From Ostreococcus tauri (taxonomy: Eukaryota): a DNA stretch of 32,000 nt. The stretch is from positions 253,719-285,718 of the forward strand of contig CAID01000011.2 of the NCBI GenBank assembly GCA_000214015.2, in the 5' to 3' direction. Position numbers and translations under genes: made by a program. Shown here piece by piece: positions 8,453 to 17,620 of this stretch. Position 1 is the first letter of the stretch. The number at the start of each line of letters is the position of its first letter. The notes beneath the pieces are model-generated. The model searched no databases. It was not told where the DNA came from and saw nothing but the letters and a program-made list of their open reading frames with translations.

Positions 8453-11062
8453 TCATTTTTTCGTGCGGTTGGCGTCGCGCGCGCTCGAGTCCCACGGCTC
8501 GGGTTCCCAAGAGTGATCGAGCTTCTCCGGAGCCTTGAGCGTATTCGCACCCGCGCCCGTGGCTCGACGGATCGGCTCAACGCTCGTTAGTGTGGTATGC
8601 ATCGCGTGCGCAAACTTTTCTTTCGCCTTGTCGCCGAGCGTCGGATTGATTTCCCGTGGCGACAGTTCGGCGGCGTCCAAGAAGCGATCCGTCGCGGCTT
8701 CCCATGAAAGCCTGTACGAATCCTGTGCGCTCAGCGGCGTCGGTTCAGAGGTCAGCGCTTTCTTCACGCACTTGCTGAACTCATCGGGGTTATCGTACAC
8801 GAGACAATTCGGGAAGGTGGAGAAGAACTCGTTACTCGGGTGCTTGGCGCACACGACGAATTTTCCCATTGCTAGAGCCTCAGCCGTGGTCGTCGCGACG
8901 ACGTCCGAGAGCGAGGGATTCACGAAAACTTTGTAATCATGAATATCTTTCTCGGCGTGATCTTTGCGTCCGTGGAAACGGAGCGGAATATGTCTCTCCT
9001 CCGCCGTCGACTTCACCTCGGTGAAATCGTCGCCGTTGCCGAAGACGTCGAGCTCCAGAGGACAATCTCGTCCGTTCTCACTCCCATTGTGCTCCGACAC
9101 TCGATCGAGAAGCTCTTTGTAACCCTTACCCCAAACTACTTTGCCGAGAAAGTACGCTCCCTTAGTGAAGACGGGCTTGTTCGACTTACCGAGCTTCTTC
9201 GTAGCCGAGCGTCCAACGGAGGCGAGCGGACCTTTCACCACGTCGACATTCGCATGCGTCGCCTCGAGCGCCTTCTGAGCGCCCACGTCCAAGAATATCG
9301 GAGAGACGCCGTGAACATTCATCGTCGTGCTCTTGGGAAATTCTTGCACCGCGTCCGAGAGCTTGATGACCTTGTGACAGTGCACGGCCGACACGACGTT
9401 GTTCACAAACTTCAGCGCCTTTTCCTTGATCGGTCCGTTTTCCTCCAAGCGCACGTAATCGAGATAGTTGGTGTGCACGATTCCGACGACGTGTTTGAAC
9501 TTGTCGGTCCATCGCTGACCGGCGTGGTACCAGTTGAGATGCTCGGGCTCCTCCAGAACGGCGACATCTGAATCGCGATCACTCGGGATGTACGACGTCA
9601 AATCACCGACCGGAATGATGCTGTACTTGTCCGTGGCGTATCGTCCTGGGTAGAACGACAGCTTCATCTGCGGTTTGAATCCACAACGCTCCTCGACCCA
9701 CTTGTTGACGTAAGCTCCTTGCTCCTCAGGGGTGTTGAAAATCATGTTGGGATGCACGAGCTTTTGCTCGTTTGGCGCCAGGAAGGGAATCACGAGCGTC
9801 ACATCGTGCGTTCCTCGCCTCGCCAAGTACGCAGCGCGCAAGAGTGGATTCACAGCCGTACCCGTCATCCACGGTAACGAAGCCGTGGTGACGATGGCGA
9901 CCGAGCGTCCGTGTTCCTTGATGGATCTCGGCGCGTCCTTTCCTCGCTGTCTCGCGGCGTCCGCCTCGCGTTCGCGCATCTCCGCCGCCGTCGCCGACGT
10001 CGACGTCGGGCTCTTGAGAACCACTCCCGGACTACTCAGACTCGCGTCGTACGGCGATGAAACCATGATTTCCTCGGGCTTACCAGCCAGTCGTCGTACG
10101 GCGTTTTGCAAATCGTTCATCTTTGGAAGACTCGGCGGGCGCGGGAGTCTACTCGTGATCTCTCGCTTGATGTTTTCAAACACTTTCGCGGGATTGGTGT
10201 CATCCTCGTCTACCGCGCCGGCGAGTGATTTCCCTTCGCCGGCGGCGAGAAGATTATCCGTGGACGTCGGTCGCGAAAGGGAACGAGACGGCGGCGGCGA
10301 CAGATCCGCAGACGATTTGGGGGACGCCTTCGGCGCGCCAACGAGCGTCTCCGACTGCGCCCGCCTTCGATTCATCCCACCCGGTGACGAACGACCGCCG
10401 CGCTGTCTCTGATTTTCCTCCTCTCGCGGCTTGATCGCTTTGAACACGTCCCACTCCTCTCCCCACTTTGGCATGGACGGCGCCTTTGAGATGGATTTCG
10501 CTATAATCGCTTGAAGATCCTGCGCCGACCGCGCGCGAGCCTTTCCCCCCTCCCGAAGGTCATCGGTCCCCGACGCGCCCCGCCTCCCGCGATCTCTGCT
10601 CGTTCTGAGCTTTTCAAACCGCTCCATGAACCGAGCGTCGTCCAATTTCGCCAAGGAATCTTGACTCGCTCGTTTCGCCATCTCAGTAAATTTTTCCGTC
10701 ACCTCCGTGATGCTCAACCGCTTCTTCCGCCCCGCGCGTTGCGCCAAGGAGCCATCACCCTCGTCCCCGCTCTCGCGCTCGAGCATCGTCGTCCCTCTGA
10801 TCCCCGCGCGCGTCCCCGCGCCTCCGCCGCTCTCGCTCGAGCGTCCCGGCGCGCGTCCGAACGAGAAACTCCCAAGACTCGACTCGCGCCACGCCCGTTC
10901 GACCTCACTCGACACCTTCTTATGATGCCGATCCACCGCCGCTCGCAGTTGTTCCATGTTAAAAGGCGACGACCCATCGCTCGCGCTCGCGCTCGCGCGC
11001 GTCCCGCCGTCCCGCCGTCCCGCCCCGTCGTCCCCTCCACCCGTCGCCCCCGTCGCCACCAT
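8453..11062 (-). CDS. DGD1: Digalactosyldiacylglycerol synthase (GT4) with long N-terminal extension
   Basis: 869-aa ORF. The C-terminal ~470 aa are collinear with Arabidopsis DGD1 as recalled. Matching segments are SVAIVTTASLPWMTGTAVNPLLRAAYLA, LEEPEHLNWYHAGQRWTDKFKHVVGIVHTNYLDY, GAYFLGKVVWGKGYKELLD and VFVNPSLSDVVATTTAEALAMGKFVVCAKHPSNEFFSTFPNCLVY. Confidence 0.92.
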   Translation of the reverse strand: MVATGATGGGDDGAGRRDGGTRASASASDGSSPFNMEQLRAAVDRHHKKVSSEVERAWRESSLGSFSFGRAPGRSSESGGGAGTRAGIRGTTMLERESGDEGDGSLAQRAGRKKRLSITEVTEKFTEMAKRASQDSLAKLDDARFMERFEKLRTSRDRGRRGASGTDDLREGGKARARSAQDLQAIIAKSISKAPSMPKWGEEWDVFKAIKPREEENQRQRGGRSSPGGMNRRRAQSETLVGAPKASPKSSADLSPPPSRSLSRPTSTDNLLAAGEGKSLAGAVDEDDTNPAKVFENIKREITSRLPRPPSLPKMNDLQNAVRRLAGKPEEIMVSSPYDASLSSPGVVLKSPTSTSATAAEMREREADAARQRGKDAPRSIKEHGRSVAIVTTASLPWMTGTAVNPLLRAAYLARRGTHDVTLVIPFLAPNEQKLVHPNMIFNTPEEQGAYVNKWVEERCGFKPQMKLSFYPGRYATDKYSIIPVGDLTSYIPSDRDSDVAVLEEPEHLNWYHAGQRWTDKFKHVVGIVHTNYLDYVRLEENGPIKEKALKFVNNVVSAVHCHKVIKLSDAVQEFPKSTTMNVHGVSPIFLDVGAQKALEATHANVDVVKGPLASVGRSATKKLGKSNKPVFTKGAYFLGKVVWGKGYKELLDRVSEHNGSENGRDCPLELDVFGNGDDFTEVKSTAEERHIPLRFHGRKDHAEKDIHDYKVFVNPSLSDVVATTTAEALAMGKFVVCAKHPSNEFFSTFPNCLVYDNPDEFSKCVKKALTSEPTPLSAQDSYRLSWEAATDRFLDAAELSPREINPTLGDKAKEKFAHAMHTTLTSVEPIRRATGAGANTLKAPEKLDHSWEPEPWDSSARDANRTKK

Positions 11063-11140
11063 CGCGCCGCGTCCCTCACCGACGACACGGGCGCGCCCGC
11101 GCGCCGCGCTCGCGTCCGCCGCCCGTCGCCGCCGTCGCCG

Positions 11141-11164
11141 TCGTCGTCGTCGTCGTCGTCGTCG
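11141..11164. repeat. (TCG)8 microsatellite in the DGD1/WAPL intergenic region
   Basis: Read directly from the sequence. Confidence 0.9.
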
Positions 11165-11596
11165 TCCAACGATTCCTTCCTTCGCGGTGCCCGCGGTTTG
11201 TCCCGTCGCCGATCGTCCCCGCGCCCGTCGTCACCCGCGCCTCGCCCGCGCGTCGCCGCGCGTCGGTGCTCCCGCCGCGTCGCTCGCGCTCGAACGCCCG
11301 CGCGCGCGCGCGTCGTCGCGTCGCGTCGCGTCGCGCGCGTCGCGTCGCGCGCGCGGGTTCGACGAGCTAAACCCTCATGTGTCGTAGTGCACACATTCGT
11401 GTCCTATGTCCCACACGCGCGACCGCGTCGTCGCCCGTACGTGTGCGTCCACGACGGATTTCCTCGTATACAGTGTGGTTTTCACCTATGTGCGTCCACG
11501 AGGCGCGCCCCCGTGGGTCGCGCGCTTTGGCGATTTCAAAAAAATCATCCATCGCGCGTCGTCGCGACGCGACACCGCGTCGCGACGCCGCGCGCG

Positions 11597-14317
11597 ATGC
11601 CCGAGCGCGCGTCGAGGCGCGCGCGGGTGACCGCGGACGATCCCTACGCCTTCGACGCGATCGCGCGGGCGAAGGCGTACTTTGACGACGTCGATGCGGC
11701 GGCGTTACCGAGCGAGAGCGACGACGACGACGACGACGACGGACGACGACGGACGACGACGACGACGACGACGCGCAGAGGGGTCGGTGTGAGCGTGTTC
11801 GCGCGGGGGGGGTCGGTGCGGGCGACGGCGCGAGCGATGGACGCGACGGGCGCGAGGACGACGGCGGCGGATGGGACGGCGGACGGCGGCGCGGCGCGGA
11901 CGCGAGACGACGACGTCGTCGTCGTGGACGACGCCGTGGACGCGGTGCGACCGGCGGAGGATTTGTTCGATGAAGTGGCGGTGGCGTCGCCGCGTGGGAA
12001 GCGAGGGACGCGGGAACTGACGACGCTCGCGCGTTCGGGGGCGAAGAAGCGGAGAGAGGCGGAGACGGCGCGCGCGGAGGCGGAGACGGCGACGACGACG
12101 ACGACGGATGCGCGCGAGAGTGACGCGATGACGATTCGACGAGAGACGTCGACGTCTACCGCGGTGGTGTCGGGCGCGGTTCCGACGGTGAAGAAGAGAG
12201 TTACCCTCGGCGAATTCGTGGGCGAGGAGGAGAAGAAGGATCTGGAGTACGACGACGACGACGCTGACCGTCTCATGCCGCAATCGGGCGCGCAGTTGGC
12301 CGACATAGATGAAGCGAACTATGCGATTTCTGGTTTGTCCTCGGCTCGGGACTTCAAGGAAAAGATTCGAAGCGTCGGCGTCTTGGTCGATCTTTTGAGC
12401 AATCAGCGGACGCGTCGACTCATGGCGTCGTACGGTTTACCGTCGAAAATCATCCAAGCGACTCAAGAGGTCGCCGTACTACCGAACGCGCCGAAGACGC
12501 TACTCTTTGGGTGCGCGGCGATTTTTTACCTATGCGGTGACTCGGAGCTTCGAAAGCCCGCGAGCGGATCGATGCTCAACGTAAAGTTGGCGAAGGCGAT
12601 TCGAGCGCTCCTTCGCGCATCCAACGCGAGCGGTGAGGCGATACACGTCAAGACGAATAGTGCGATTCGGGCGTGCTTGAAAACGCTCAAGTTTTTACCT
12701 CATGAAGCGAAGGATGAGAAGACGCTCGCTTTGCTCATAGCGCACCAGGCGCTCAGGGCTGAACAGGACGCGTTGCTCGCCTCGGGGTCGGGGCCGGGAT
12801 CGGCTACTGATGACAATTCGTTCAGAGAGATCATGGCCAGGCAAGGAGCGGTGTTGGCGACGTGCGAACTCGTCGCTCAGGCAACGAAGACACTGCAACG
12901 ATTCGGTGATGCGTATTTCGCCTCGACTGCCCCGCGCGTGTATGATGATGAAGACGAGGACAACAACGACGTCACGGACGACGCGGCGGAGCAAGACGCC
13001 GCTCGCGCCATCGCGCGATTATTCAGATGCTCGCGCGTCCTCGAGTGTGCAAGCTTTGAGTCGCGCGAGTCGTGCGATATCATTTCGGTGGCGACACTCG
13101 TGGGAACGTCGAAGAGTGCTGAGGCACCGAGCCTACAGCTCATCCCCCTTTCGAGCGCTCGAGTCACGGCGAACACGTCGGCTCCGAGCGCGGCGCCGAT
13201 CGACATTCCGATGTCACCATCTCCCGTCAAATCGCGCGTTCCGGGTGGAATAACGATGACACCGCCAAGTTCGGTGCGACGTGGCGGTTTCGCAAAAAGT
13301 ATCACCGTGGATGGCGGCGGCGATGACGACGACGATGACGACGCGATGATCATCCCCTCTTCGCCGCTTTCGCCGCCGATAGTCGGTAACGTCGGAAGAG
13401 GTGCGGCGATTCAGTGGCTCGCCGATAACGTGCAGACGCCCGTTAAGGGGAGCTCGCCAAGAGCCAGAACCGCGGTTCGAGCGCTCGTGGACGTGATCCC
13501 GACGCTCGCGGCGATGACCACGGCGAGCGTCATCGGGAGTAAAAGAGGCGATACGATTGCGAACACGCTTCGCGTTCGTTACAACGGCGCGATCGCGATC
13601 GACCATCGAGTCGCCGTGGGCGCGTTGAAAGCGGTTCTTTCTACGCTCACAAACGTGACGAATGAAAACGAGGAGGGTGCCGGCGCGGTGGTCGGTGACG
13701 ACCATCAAGGGCTCCTTCAAATCGCAAGTCTCGTGCCTTGGCTCGCGCTCACGATTGAGGGGTTCACCCTGCGCGACGGCCGCGATCGTAAGAGAACGCG
13801 CGTGCCCGCAGACGATTCGGGCTCGTCCCTCTTGAACGCGACGCTCGTACTCCTGGTCAACATCGTCGAGGCCGACGCCGAGTCAGCGACGACGCTTCAA
13901 AACTGTTCGGTGAAGCTTCCCGGGTCGTCGGAGACTTTGATTTCCTTCGTCGACGCGCTCGCGGTGCTGTACCTGCAAGCGGTCAACGCCGAGGAAGCGA
14001 ACGATGAGGCCGAGGCCGAGGCCACGCACGTCACCGCGGAGATGATCAAATCCATGTCGTCCAAGAATACGGGCGAGGACCTGATTCTCCAGGCCTACAG
14101 TGGTTTGCTCCTCGCGTTTCTGATCGAGGGTCAGCCCGCGCTTCGCGCCGACGTCGTCTCGAGGTTCGCTTCGACTTTACACCAGGGCAATGGCGAACCG
14201 AGACTCAAACCCCTCGCCGACACCCTCGAGCGATTCCACGCCTTTCACGAGAGCGTGAACACGCTCTCGGCGAAATCTAGCGAGCGCCTCGAACGCGTGG
14301 TCAAGTGGTTGCGATGA
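11597..14317 (+). CDS. WAPL: WAPL-like (wings apart-like) cohesin-release factor candidate
   Basis: The track start at 10511 runs antisense through DGD1. The first plausible ATG beyond the DGD1 start is 11597 (906 aa). The N-terminal ~230 aa are low complexity. From QLADIDEANYAISGLSSARDFKEKIRSVGVLVDLLSNQRTRRLMASYGLPSKIIQA onward, the helical-repeat body resembles the WAPL domain as recalled. That a CDS exists here is much more certain than the family assignment. Confidence 0.6.
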   Translation: MPERASRRARVTADDPYAFDAIARAKAYFDDVDAAALPSESDDDDDDDGRRRTTTTTTTRRGVGVSVFARGGSVRATARAMDATGARTTAADGTADGGAARTRDDDVVVVDDAVDAVRPAEDLFDEVAVASPRGKRGTRELTTLARSGAKKRREAETARAEAETATTTTTDARESDAMTIRRETSTSTAVVSGAVPTVKKRVTLGEFVGEEEKKDLEYDDDDADRLMPQSGAQLADIDEANYAISGLSSARDFKEKIRSVGVLVDLLSNQRTRRLMASYGLPSKIIQATQEVAVLPNAPKTLLFGCAAIFYLCGDSELRKPASGSMLNVKLAKAIRALLRASNASGEAIHVKTNSAIRACLKTLKFLPHEAKDEKTLALLIAHQALRAEQDALLASGSGPGSATDDNSFREIMARQGAVLATCELVAQATKTLQRFGDAYFASTAPRVYDDEDEDNNDVTDDAAEQDAARAIARLFRCSRVLECASFESRESCDIISVATLVGTSKSAEAPSLQLIPLSSARVTANTSAPSAAPIDIPMSPSPVKSRVPGGITMTPPSSVRRGGFAKSITVDGGGDDDDDDDAMIIPSSPLSPPIVGNVGRGAAIQWLADNVQTPVKGSSPRARTAVRALVDVIPTLAAMTTASVIGSKRGDTIANTLRVRYNGAIAIDHRVAVGALKAVLSTLTNVTNENEEGAGAVVGDDHQGLLQIASLVPWLALTIEGFTLRDGRDRKRTRVPADDSGSSLLNATLVLLVNIVEADAESATTLQNCSVKLPGSSETLISFVDALAVLYLQAVNAEEANDEAEAEATHVTAEMIKSMSSKNTGEDLILQAYSGLLLAFLIEGQPALRADVVSRFASTLHQGNGEPRLKPLADTLERFHAFHESVNTLSAKSSERLERVVKWLR
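11720..11772. repeat. (GAC)7-G-(GAC)3-G-(GAC)7 interrupted microsatellite inside the WAPL-like CDS
   Basis: Read directly from the sequence. It translates as DDDDDDD-G-RRR-TTTTTTT because each extra G shifts the repeat register. Confidence 0.9.
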
Positions 14318-14346
14318 CTGCGACGCACAGGAACGGGCGCCAGAAA

Positions 14347-14351
14347 TGTAA
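14347..14351 (+). promoter_or_regulatory. TGTAA putative poly(A) signal
   Basis: TGTAA lies 29 nt after the stop of the WAPL-like gene. Confidence 0.4.
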
Positions 14352-14569
14352 ATCATTCGGACACACCGCATTTCATCACCATTGCCCGTGGCGTCGCGTA
14401 AACCTTACGAAGCAGACATGCACGAGTCGCGACCCCGTATCACGAGCATACATAATAGTGACGCACCCGTAACTGTTTTGTACTAATAAACAATCTTGCG
14501 TCGGAATAACCAGGTTCGCCTCCAAGTCCCATAGTGTATGTCGCTCAACGCGATGTACGCACGTCACAT

Positions 14570-14641
14570 GGCTCCATAGCATAGTGGTATTGCGTGAGAC
14601 TCCAGATCTCAAGGTCCAAGGTTCGAATCCTTGTGGGGTCA
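14570..14641 (+). tRNA. tRNA-Trp (anticodon CCA)
   Basis: 72-nt cloverleaf folded by hand. The acceptor ggctcca pairs with tggggtc (two G-U pairs). The anticodon stem is tgaga/tctca with loop ctCCAga. The T arm is caagg-ttcgaat-ccttg. The discriminator is A. Confidence 0.9.
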
Positions 14642-14645
14642 TTCC

Positions 14646-14652
14646 TTTTTTT
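14646..14652 (+). terminator. Pol III terminator T-run (T7) for tRNA-Trp
   Basis: ttccTTTTTTTc begins 5 nt after the tRNA 3' end. Confidence 0.75.
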
Positions 14653-15027
14653 CTTGGTACTTCTTATTACTTAAATACGCATCAAATATCCGAGTTTCTA
14701 TAAAAATGTCCATCCCAGGCCGCTCCACGAACCACACGGCACCGGGCGCGGCGCTGGGCCCGACCGCACATTCCCGCACGGATCACACACCCTTCGTCGA
14801 CGCTCACGTCGCGCGATCCATCTCGTTCTCTCTCGGAACGATATCCACCGTTTTTACATCGTCACGCGTACGTATCGGTGGACCCACGCGCGCGTCGCGA
14901 TCGAAAGGAGACGCGCGCGAGGGCGCGGGAACGATCTTATTTGGGGTCTCGCGCGCGGTGCGCCGCGGTGAACGAACGACTGACGACGCGTCCTCGTGCG
15001 CGTGACGACGACGACAGAAATCTTAAA

Positions 15028-15237
15028 ATGCCGAGCACGCAATCCGTGTACGTTTCCATGTCCATCCTCGCCCTGACGGGTCTCGTCGGCACCGGTGTCG
15101 CCATCGGTAGCGGCGTCTCCATGATGACGATGAGCATGGCCCAGGAGGAACAGAAGCAACTCGCCGTGGCGTCCGTGAAGGAGGCCAAGGTGAAGGTCCC
15201 GAGCCGTGGATTCGCCGCGAGCTCGAGCTCAAACTAA
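15028..15237 (+). CDS. Hypothetical 69-aa single-pass membrane protein
   Basis: This is the internal ATG of track ORF 14878-15237, whose listed start is a GTG. One hydrophobic segment is present (VYVSMSILALTGLVGTGVAIGSGV), followed by a charged tail. I recognise no family. A TATAAAAA lies at 14699-14706 and a TGTAA at 15388-15392. Confidence 0.35.
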   Translation: MPSTQSVYVSMSILALTGLVGTGVAIGSGVSMMTMSMAQEEQKQLAVASVKEAKVKVPSRGFAASSSSN

Positions 15238-15478
15238 ACGAAAGGAACACTTCCGTTCGTTTCGTTTCACTTCTGTTGTGGATTACGACTTTCGGCTGGT
15301 TTCGAAACGCCGAACGCCCGTCCCTCTTCACGAGCGCCACTCTTTCCTCTTGTACCGCACCCCATTTCATGATTTCCTCGCCTGACGTGTAATAAAAAAA
15401 AACGAGTGGATGGACGATTATGAATGTTTCAACGTTCCTGTGATTTTGCGCGAACTGTCGATGATGATGACAAAGAAA

Positions 15479-17431
15479 CTACTTGATTTTTATGACGTCG
15501 ACGCGGCAACGCTTTTGAACTTCGTGCGGACGCGTCGCGTCAGCATCGGCGTCGTCGCTCTCCATCGAATCAATTGGATGCACGACAATCTTCGCAAGAG
15601 TCCCCCCGACGTTACCGCGAGCCAATCTCCCTGGATTCACGCAGACGACGTCCTCGCACACCTCCGCGAAGGCTTTCAAATCGCTCGGCAAAATCAACAC
15701 ATCCGGCGCGCGTTCGAACGCCAACGCATCACCGTGACGCGCGTCCAGGCACGTCGAAACATCTGGCGGATACAACGGGTACGCGTGCGCTTGGCGAACG
15801 ACGTGTCCGGCGAGTCGACCGAGACGTTCCTTCGGTGCGTGCCCTTGAGAAATTTCCCTCGCACTCAGGTGTTTTAAAACGTCGACGCCGCACGCAGAGA
15901 AGACGACGCCGTTAATCTCAAAAGTCCCCGGATTGGACACGGATACCACTCGAGATCTATCGGTGACGAATTCATCCACGCTCGCCGCAGGTTGAGGGAA
16001 CACCGGATCGAGCGTCACGTCGCGTGCAGACGGGACAAAGATGACCTTGGTGCCCCGTTCGCGCAGTTCGTCCTCGAGCTTGGCCACGACCTTCGCCGCC
16101 ACGTCATAGTACGTGAACTTTTCACCGAGATCTCCAGACTTGACCAACGCGTTTTCGGCGTCGAGCAGCGGCCCACACAGCACCAAGGCGTCGGGTTTCT
16201 CCTCTCGTACGTACTCGAGCAAGTCGTGAAGGGGCTCGTATCGCAAATTGCTGGAGCACGAAAACGGGCCAGAAGCGACAATCACCTCGGCGCCTCTCTT
16301 GAACACGGGCGAGTCCGTCTTCGATCGAGCGAATGGCTTGACCGAGACGTCGGTGTCGATGTATTTAGCGACGATGCAGTGGCCTGCGGGATTACGGCCG
16401 CGGACCTTGACGACTTGACCCGGGAACAAGCTGTACGACTCGAGGTCTCGAAGCTCCAAGCGCACGCGCGCTCCCGAGCTCCCGTCGATCGAACCCTCAA
16501 GAGCGACCGTCTTATCGGTGAGCTTTCCGTCTGAACCGACGTGTGCGCTGACAATGCGTCCAACGAAATGCCCGTCCTCGTCGCCCGTCTTGGATCCGAC
16601 CGGGGAGACAAAGGCGGACGAAGACGCAACCGCCGCGTCGTCTTGCGTCGCAACCGCCGCGTCGTCGTCGGCTTCCACGGCGACCGCGAATCTGGTCTCG
16701 ACTTCTCGCACGCGCGCATCGATCATGCGAACGCGATCGGAAATCCTATCGCGCATGTATCGAAACTTTTCCGTACCCAAGTGCTCGACGGCGACGACGT
16801 CAGCGACGTCTGAATCCGTCTTCAACGCAATCTTCTCCGCGAGGTGTTCGTTCAAGATCGCCCCCACACCGCCCGGTTGCGACGCTAGGCTCGCATCCGA
16901 TCGCGCGCTCCCGGGTGTCACCGCGCGTCTCTTATACTCGCTCTCGCCGCTCTCGCCGAGCGCGTCCAACTCGGCGCTCCACTCCCGCGCGTGCTTCATC
17001 GGCGTCTTCGTCGCGCTCGAGAACGAAAACCTTCTCTGCGTCCCCGGCGTTCCCGGTGACGTCGTCACATAGTTTCCAGGCGTTCCACTCGTCGATCCAG
17101 GCGTCGAGCCTCCGCTCTTCGCCCGTCTCCGCTTGCGTCCGAATCCGCTCCCGCCGGCGTCCTCCTTGGACTCCAACGATCGTCCCCGTTCTCGCTCCGC
17201 GAACGCCTCGAACGCCTCCAGGCGCTCGATCGATACCTTCCCTCGGTCCACGACGTCTGCGCTCGATTTCGAGACGATGTTCAGGTCGAACATCTGATAG
17301 ACATTCGCGACTTCCGTCGGGGACATTCGCAGCCGAGTTCGCATGTGCGCGAGCTCGGGCAGGGCGACGTCGACGTCGAACCCGACGTCCTCGAAAGCGC
17401 GCTTCATGGACTCCGCGTCCGTGGTCGCCAT
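15479..17431 (-). CDS. POLA2: DNA polymerase alpha subunit B (p70)
   Basis: 650-aa ORF. The C-terminal phosphoesterase-like fold has DALVLCGPLLD, KVIFVPSARD and PDVLILPSDLKAFAE...VVCVNPGRLARGNVGGTLAKIVVHP. Human POLA2 as recalled reads PDVLIIPSELRYF...CVNPGRLTKGQVGGTFARL. Confidence 0.85.
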   Translation of the reverse strand: MATTDAESMKRAFEDVGFDVDVALPELAHMRTRLRMSPTEVANVYQMFDLNIVSKSSADVVDRGKVSIERLEAFEAFAERERGRSLESKEDAGGSGFGRKRRRAKSGGSTPGSTSGTPGNYVTTSPGTPGTQRRFSFSSATKTPMKHAREWSAELDALGESGESEYKRRAVTPGSARSDASLASQPGGVGAILNEHLAEKIALKTDSDVADVVAVEHLGTEKFRYMRDRISDRVRMIDARVREVETRFAVAVEADDDAAVATQDDAAVASSSAFVSPVGSKTGDEDGHFVGRIVSAHVGSDGKLTDKTVALEGSIDGSSGARVRLELRDLESYSLFPGQVVKVRGRNPAGHCIVAKYIDTDVSVKPFARSKTDSPVFKRGAEVIVASGPFSCSSNLRYEPLHDLLEYVREEKPDALVLCGPLLDAENALVKSGDLGEKFTYYDVAAKVVAKLEDELRERGTKVIFVPSARDVTLDPVFPQPAASVDEFVTDRSRVVSVSNPGTFEINGVVFSACGVDVLKHLSAREISQGHAPKERLGRLAGHVVRQAHAYPLYPPDVSTCLDARHGDALAFERAPDVLILPSDLKAFAEVCEDVVCVNPGRLARGNVGGTLAKIVVHPIDSMESDDADADATRPHEVQKRCRVDVIKIK

Positions 17432-17620
17432 CGTTCGCGCGCGGTGCGAGCGGTCACGCGGTGTGGGGGGCGGTGGAGTGTGGGCGATCGTGGGCGTCGA
17501 CAGGTGCGCGTTTGAAAAAATTTGAAATTATCTGCGCGAACGTCTAGAGACCCCGGGTGGGGGAGAGATTGAGAGACGGCTCGATGCTCGGTCGATCGTG
17601 CGTGATGCGAACGCGCGCGA

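Noticed and set aside
11526-11533. E2F-like site TTTGGCGA upstream of the WAPL-like gene
   Set aside because: The last base departs from the TTTSSCGS consensus. A single occurrence in CG-rich DNA is not convincing, and no matching site was seen upstream of POLA2.
10511-11596. 5' extension of the WAPL-like ORF (track start 10511), with antisense ORFs 10714-11394 and 11644-12306
   Set aside because: The extension runs antisense through the DGD1 N-terminus and across the intergenic (TCG)n/CG-rich spacer. The translations are poly-Arg/Pro/Ser.
14495-14535. Possible second, degenerate tRNA upstream of tRNA-Trp (ggttcgcctcc resembles a T arm)
   Set aside because: No acceptor, D or anticodon stems can be folded around it.
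14376-14642. 88-aa minus-strand ORF across tRNA-Trp (and similarly 23469-23708 across tRNA-Glu)
   Set aside because: These are simply translations of tRNA genes and their AT-rich flanks.
14631-15005. 124-aa + strand ORF downstream of tRNA-Trp
   Set aside because: It starts inside the tRNA 3' end and pol III terminator, has no motifs, and is compositionally odd. An internal Met at 14706 cannot be excluded but lacks support.
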